This document shows positions 57,259 through 64,000 of a stretch of 64,000 bases of DNA, one piece after another. How positions within the stretch are numbered: position 1 is the first letter of the stretch; each line of letters opens with the position of its first letter. This DNA is from Eledone cirrhosa (taxonomy: Eukaryota). Position numbers and translations under genes: made by a program. Location: assembly GCA_964016885.1 (NCBI GenBank), contig OZ024742.1, positions 334,986,001-335,050,000 on the forward strand, written 5' to 3'. The notes below the pieces were generated by a model, which worked only from the letters and a program-made list of their open reading frames with translations, searched no databases and had not been told where the DNA came from.

Positions 57259-58275
57259 TATACATAGATATAGATATATATATATGAATATATAGATATA
57301 TATATGTATATATATATGTATATATATATGTATATATATATGTATACATATATATATATATATGTATACATATATATATATATGTGCATGTGTGTGCGTG
57401 TTTATTTGCGTATGATATATATCCTTATATATGCATATATACGTAGGCATATACATATATACATACGTATGTATGTACCATTTACTGGATGGATATTTTA
57501 TGAATTAAATATACATAAGTAGATATACAAACTAATATACTCACATATACAGATAGACACACGTATACCTTATAATAATTCATACGCTTAAAGAAAAGGA
57601 TACATCTACACATATATTATATATTATACATCTACACATATATTATATGCCCCTGCCCACATCCACATAATATGTGTAACTATCTAGGTATATTACTAAC
57701 ATATTTTAAGAAAATGTGAGGAACATGTCTGCAAAATTTATCCCTTGTGGTTCCATATCTATATTATTCTGGCATGTTAACAAATCTTTTTTTTTTTTTC
57801 TACTCCAATATATCCTGAACATTTCGACAGTTCATCTACAAAATACATTTTTATCTAAATTGGCCTGAAGTTATTCCACATGACTCTTAAATCTACTGTA
57901 ACTTCTTCAAATCAGAGTGTATTCAAATTTTAATTTGGTAAGTACCCTCGCCATTCTTCTAACAAACTTAGAAGCAATCCCAATAACAACTCTTTAAATA
58001 TAAAAGGTAATAACTCGGGACTTAAATAGCTGGAGATACTTAAAATTTACTAACTGTTAATTCATACAGAAGCGTAGCCTGATTTATCATCTCCGGTGGA
58101 ATGGGATATAGATACAAACACACGCATACACAAACTAACTGACACATAAACACACACATGCATACGCATATTATATATATAAATGTGTGTGTGCGTGTGT
58201 GTGTGTATGTGTAAATATATGGGTATATGTGTGTATATATATATAGGTATATATGAATATACATATATATGTGTC

Positions 58276-58333
<58 letters not shown>

Positions 58334-58444
58334 AAGAATGTTTATATATGCATATATATGTATATGTGTACATATATATATGTATATGTGTACATATGTA
58401 TATATATATATAATTATATATATATATATATAATTATATATATA

Positions 58445-58730
58445 TAAGGAAAAGAAATTGAAAATGCAACTGGAGCCTTTTAAGAATATTTATTTATTTA
58501 CTTTACCGATTTCACAGTTTTTATGCTTTTCAAAAGTAGAATTGAGATGGAGGGTTTGTGTTTCTGAATTTTACTTTTAAAAGCATAAGAATTTTGAAAC
58601 CGGTAAAGTAAATAAATAAACATTATTAAAAGACTCCAGTTGCATTTTCAATTTCTTTTCCTTATAATTTCACCCGTGTAGGACATCTCTTGTTTTCCTT
58701 TTGTTTTTTTTAATAAAAAAACTCATTTTC
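58445..58730. mobile_element. Family F fold-back element
   Basis: 58445-58545 is the imperfect reverse complement of 58567-58665. Homologous to 26885-27072. Hammerhead TACTT TTGAAAA GCA..TGT GAAA TCGG TA AAGTA at 58499-58538 minus. Confidence 0.8.
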
Positions 58731-58735
58731 TTATT

Positions 58736-58778
<43 letters not shown>

Positions 58779-58779
58779 C

Positions 58780-58817
<38 letters not shown>

Positions 58818-59299
58818 CGCGTGTGTGTGTGTGTGTGTGTGTGTAGTCTAAGATAAACTTAATTACTCTTTATAATCCTCGCTGTGAAAATTTAAACAAA
58901 TTCGAAAAACATTGTCTCTTTGTACATAAACAATATAACATGACTTATACACATTTCACAGTTATGTGGTCGTTCATTAATAAACAAATAGCCATGTTCT
59001 TCTGATACCGAAGAGATTTATAATCAACAGCTATTTATATGAAACACAATCTTAAATATAACTGAAATAGTTATTTTAATTTGCATAACGGATTAATTAA
59101 TTAATTAATTAATTAACAAGTTTTTTTGTGCACGATACAACGTATTCTTATATCATTTTGATTCTTTCACTTATCTAACTGCGGCCATGCTGAAGCATCA
59201 ACTTGTTATACTTTGGGAGTGTCATGATGTCAATAAAAACACACACACACTCGTTGAGTTTCACTTCAGTATATTATTAGTTGGATAACTAATGGTGGT

Positions 59300-59668
59300 G
59301 GATTAGCAAAATCGGTAGAGTGTCGGACAACATGCTTTGTGGCATATAGTCACGTCGCTTTACCTTCTGAGTTCAAATCCCGTCGAGATGAAATAATGCA
59401 CTAGTAACAAACTGGGGTCGATATAATCGACTTTCCCACCTCCAAAGATTCTTGGCCTTGTGGCTAAATCAAAGATCATTATTAGTGGATTAGCAGTATC
59501 GGTAGAGGGTCTGACATGCTTTGCAGCATAGTTACGTCCCTTTACGTTCTGAGTTCAAATCCCGCCGAGATTAACTTTGCTTTTCGTCCTTACGGGGTCG
59601 ATAAAATAAAGTACCAGTAATGCACTGGGATAATTGCTGGCCTTCTGCCAAAAGTAGAAACAATTATT
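59300..59668 (+). mobile_element. Two tandem SINE family A copies
   Basis: A-box-like TAGCAGTATCGG, B-box GAGTTCAAATCC, and central GGGGTCGATAAAATAAAGTACC. Confidence 0.8.
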
Positions 59669-60136
59669 AGTCAGGTAACTAATCTATTCCTCGGTTAGTT
59701 AGTAAAGGGAGAGTAATTTAAATGTCAAACCTCATTTTCACATATTCTGTGATTTTCTCAATGACAACACTTGTTCCTCTATAGTTCCTATTTGTTTTGG
59801 TTTTGTCTTCGAGGGGTAAGAATAATTATTAAGAAGATCGCAGAATGTGTGAGGAACGAGCCTTGACAATTAAATCACCACCTGGTTACTAAAATAACCG
59901 AGGAATGGATTAGTTACATGACTAATAATAAATACAAAGTGAAATTCAATTGGTGGGTGTGTTTTATTGTTAGCCTGGCCGGCAGATTGTTATAGAAACT
60001 ATGTAATAAGCGCAGTCTGATGGCGTCAGTCGACCCCATACCAGTAGGATGCAGGATGGTTGGTGCTTGCCTGAAAATTTAAGATATGGGTATAAAGGAT
60101 GTGTGTGATTTTAAAAAATGGACACATTCACACATA

Positions 60137-60238
60137 CAGGGCATCCCCAAAAAATCGATACACACATCAACGGCATTCTAATAAATATTACCTGTACAGG
60201 TAATCAAAGTGTGTATATAATTTTTTGGGGACACCCTG
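60137..60238. mobile_element. Tc1/mariner-type MITE, 102 bp
   Basis: TIRs CAGGGCATCCCCAAAAAAT / ATTTTTTGGGGACACCCTG with TA on both sides and an internal palindrome ATTACCTGTACAGGTAAT. Confidence 0.82.
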
Positions 60239-60448
60239 TATATATGGACTTACACAAACCCACAGAGAAAATTGATTTCAGTCTCCTCCCCTCCGGAGTA
60301 AAATGGTGTTTGTTTAATGTCAACATCCAACTTGTTTACTTTCTATATTACTCTGACATTAAAGATGTGCCAGTTGTGGGGATAGAGCCCGATAGGATGA
60401 GTCTGTAAGCCAGAAATCCAAGCAGACATCCAAGCAGACAAACGTTCT

Positions 60449-60627
60449 TGGCAGTATCGGTAGAGGGTTGGACGCCATGCTTTCTAGCATAGTTACGTCC
60501 CTTTACAGTCTGAGTTCAAATTCGGCCGAGGTTAACTTTGTCTTTCATCCTTATGAGGTCGATAAAATAAAGTACCAGTAATGTACTGGGTATTTGCTGG
60601 CCTTGTGCTAAAAGTAGAAACAATTAT
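60449..60627 (+). mobile_element. SINE family A copy
   Basis: Full head, B box and central domain. Confidence 0.8.
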
Positions 60628-61069
60628 ATATATATATATATATGTGTGTGTATGATATATATATATATTGTATATAGATATATATATATATATAACTTAT
60701 ATATATATATTGTTATACTTGGGAGGGTCAGGCTGCCAATAAAAACACACGCACCTGTGGGGTCACTTCAATTTACTATACATTCTTGGTTAGTTGTTTG
60801 GTTCGATAACCGGATGGTTGTTTATATATTGTCAAAGCTCTTTCGTCACACATTTTGTGACCTCCTAGGGGATTAGATTTTTATTTTGTGTTTCTCCTTG
60901 TTCTGTCCTACACCATCTTGTTTTTGCGTGTTGTGTGTTGTGTGTTGTGTGCTTAGTTTGCACATGCGTTACATCCGGGTTTGTATATATAGAACTTTTT
61001 TTTTATATATATATATTTATATATATATATTTATATATAAAATTACCCACCTGATATTCAGATGCACAC

Positions 61070-61258
61070 ATATATATAGCTCATATAAAACCACAATTAT
61101 GCACACACACTCGCAGGCACAAACACACACACAAATCAACCATATGCACACACATGTGCTAAAACCCCTAACACTACAGAAACATGCATATATTTCCAGT
61201 TCAAAAAAATCTGTTTATTAGCATGTGTTACTTATGTGTTACATAAAGGCAGTCACAA

Positions 61259-61345
<87 letters not shown>

Positions 61346-61777
61346 CACACATATATAAATATATATATATAGGAGAAAGTATGACCCAGACGGCAGAGCT
61401 CAAGCCGTTTCGACGGCTATTTCTGGAAATATATATATATATATATATCATACTCTGCTCTGTAAGAGCATAGAGTGCTCAACAAGGCATACCGCCTATG
61501 GAACCATCTTAGCTACCATCAGACACACACACACATATATATAATATATATAGTATATATATATATATAATATATATATATATATAATATATATATAGCT
61601 CATATAAAACCACAATTATGCACACACACTCGCAGGCACAAACACACACACAAATCAACCATATGCACACACATGTGCTAAAACCCCTAACACTACAGAA
61701 ACATGCATATATTTCCAGTTCAAAAAAATCTGTTTATTAGCATGTGTTACTTATGTGTTACATAAAGGCAGTCACAA

Positions 61778-61852
<75 letters not shown>

Positions 61853-62050
61853 CACACATATATAAATATATATATATAGGAGAAAGTATGACCCAGACGG
61901 CAGAGCTCAAGCCGTTTCGACGGCTATTTCTGGAAATATATATATATATATATATCATACTCTGCTCTGTAAGAGCATAGAGTGCTCAACCGGCATACCG
62001 CCTATGGAACCATCTTAGCTACCATCAGACACACACACACATATATATAA
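61070..62050. repeat. Local ~500-bp direct tandem duplication
   Basis: 61075-61540 is repeated at 61595-62045, differing mainly in (TA)n length. Confidence 0.85.
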
Positions 62051-62199
62051 TATATATAGTATATATATATATATAATATATATATATATATAATATATAA
62101 TATATATATATATATAAATATATATATATACGTGTGTGTGTTATATACGTACATATATTTACATTTATACAGATATACAAACACGCACACGCACGCATG

Positions 62200-62236
<37 letters not shown>

Positions 62237-62409
62237 ATACACGGATGTGTATATATATACATGCATGCACGTGTTAATTTGTTTATACTGATGTGGGGTG
62301 TGAGGAAGTTTGTAATGTGTATGTGTGAAAATGTGGATGAGCGGCGAAGTATACATGAAGTTTATGGCGACAATGTGTGTATATAGTTTATGAGAACGAT
62401 GTCTCAGCA

Positions 62410-62532
<123 letters not shown>

Positions 62533-62942
62533 CATATATATATACATATATATATATACATATATATATATATTTCTCTCTCTCTCTCTCTCTTAAAAAT
62601 AAACCTCCTCCCCGCTTCGAAACAAGATGATATAATATATTTCTTCCTTGGTATAGTCATGGGACCATAAATTCACATGAAAAAAAGCCGAGCTAATCTC
62701 TTTCAGTCCGCCGTATCTACTGCTGCTGGTGATGTATATAACCATGGTCACGTGACGTGACGTATGTGTAGCAGGGGTGAGCGGAAAAAACCTTGAAGAC
62801 AGAAAGGATTATAACGGAAGCCATATTTTGGCATAGAAAAAATACATATCTTGATAAGTTTATTGGAAAATATAATTTTTGTCGTACATCATGATGTATA
62901 CTCCATAGTGACTCTCTGTGGTGGTATATAATATTAGTTTGA

Positions 62943-63420
62943 AGTGGTGTGGCTTAGTGGTTAACATGCTCGGCTCAATCAAAAGAGGAAGAGATTGAGT
63001 CCCGGTTGTTTCCATAAAGAAGACATTTTATTTCACGTTGCTCCAGTTCACCCATCTGGAAAGGAAAATGAATTATGATACCACTGACAACATTGTTGAC
63101 GTGGGGAGAAGAGAATGTCGGGTATAGGGCATCATAAATTAGTAAGTTCGAATCAGGGCAACAGATTGTATCCTTGAGCAAAACACATTTTACCTTGCTC
63201 CAATCCACTCAGCAGGAAAAATGATTTGCACCTGTAATTAAAAGAATCAGCCTTGTCATATTCTGTGTCAGGCTGAATCTCCCTGAAAACTAGGTTAAAT
63301 GTATGCCAGTCTATGGAATACTCAGTCATTTTCTCGTTAATTTCAAGAGCAGGCTGTCCCGTTGGTCAACTGGGACACTCCTCATCGCAACTGTCGTAGG
63401 TCCAACACATAAACGCAGTT
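62943..63420 (+). mobile_element. Degenerate tRNA-headed SINE-like repeat (family C, partly duplicated)
   Basis: GTGGCTTAGTGGTTA head, GTTCGAATC, and CORE-like TCCTTGAGCAA.ACAC.TT. Confidence 0.5.
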
Positions 63421-63877
63421 ACATAATATTGATAGTCGAAATATATAAATTGGGTATCAGAATGGTTAATGTTCTGTTATCATTTATGATCTATGGATAA
63501 GATGGCTGACTGGTTCTCATTTTATTACTTCATATATCATGATGATTGGTCTTCCGTCGGATTTTACGATAAATATTCAGTTGTTTGATCAACTGGACGT
63601 CCAGTTCGTGAATTGACATATAAATAGTTGAGTACATAATTCCAGAGTCGAATCAGCACAACACAATAGGTGACAAAAGCAGGACCATCATATTACAGAT
63701 ACAATCTATCTAACGGGATTCCATACTGTTTCGGCCTACTTAATTCCATTTACAATGCTTAGACTGACCCGAGTCTATGTTAAAGACATTTGCCATACAC
63801 CACTCTTGTACATGTGACCTTGGCCACGGTTTTTCCTACGAATCTATTCAAAACCTATTATTTACTGACTTAGATAG

Positions 63878-64000
63878 TGGGTCTGACGCCATGCTTTGCA
63901 GCAAAGAGTTACGGCCCTTTATGATCTGAGTTCAAATTCCGCCGATGTTAACTTTGCCTTTCATCCTGACAGGATCGATAAAATAAAGTACCAGTAATGC
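63878..64000 (+). mobile_element. SINE family A copy truncated by window end
   Basis: GAGTTCAAATTCCGCC...CTTTGCCTTTCATCC...TCGATAAAATAAAGTACCAG. Confidence 0.8.

Noticed and set aside
59665-59928. 34-bp inverted repeat pair as another ribozyme element
   Set aside because: The inverted arms are real, but no hammerhead core or TSD was found.
62700-62830. Promoter-like cluster (CACGTG, TGACGT, GCCAT)
   Set aside because: Short motifs are expected by chance, and no downstream gene was identifiable.

Overview
Eukaryotic, AT-rich, gene-free repeat region. Its SINE types, (TA)n/(CA)n load and TTAGGG repeats suggest a mollusc, probably an octopus-like cephalopod (inference). No host exon could be supported, and nearly all listed ORFs are translations of micro- and minisatellites. 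Recognisable content: four (GGT/ACC)-rich minisatellite blocks; one near-full Penelope-like element (PLE) with RT and C-terminal GIY-YIG, carrying a CxCx5C linker (Hydra-type); three further GIY-YIG remnants; two CRE-type restriction-like endonuclease remnants; two hAT/Buster transposase remnants; two MITEs; and several tRNA-derived SINE copies. The main signal is invisible to the ORF track. The short unique islands between (TA)n tracts carry type I hammerhead ribozyme motifs of about 10 different sequence families. Many have palindromic helix III, two have a compensatory U3-A8 core, two have a U4C core, and most sit in the arms of fold-back elements, about 16 of which occur in 64 kb. All coordinates were read by hand and are approximate, and no ribozyme activity is demonstrated.
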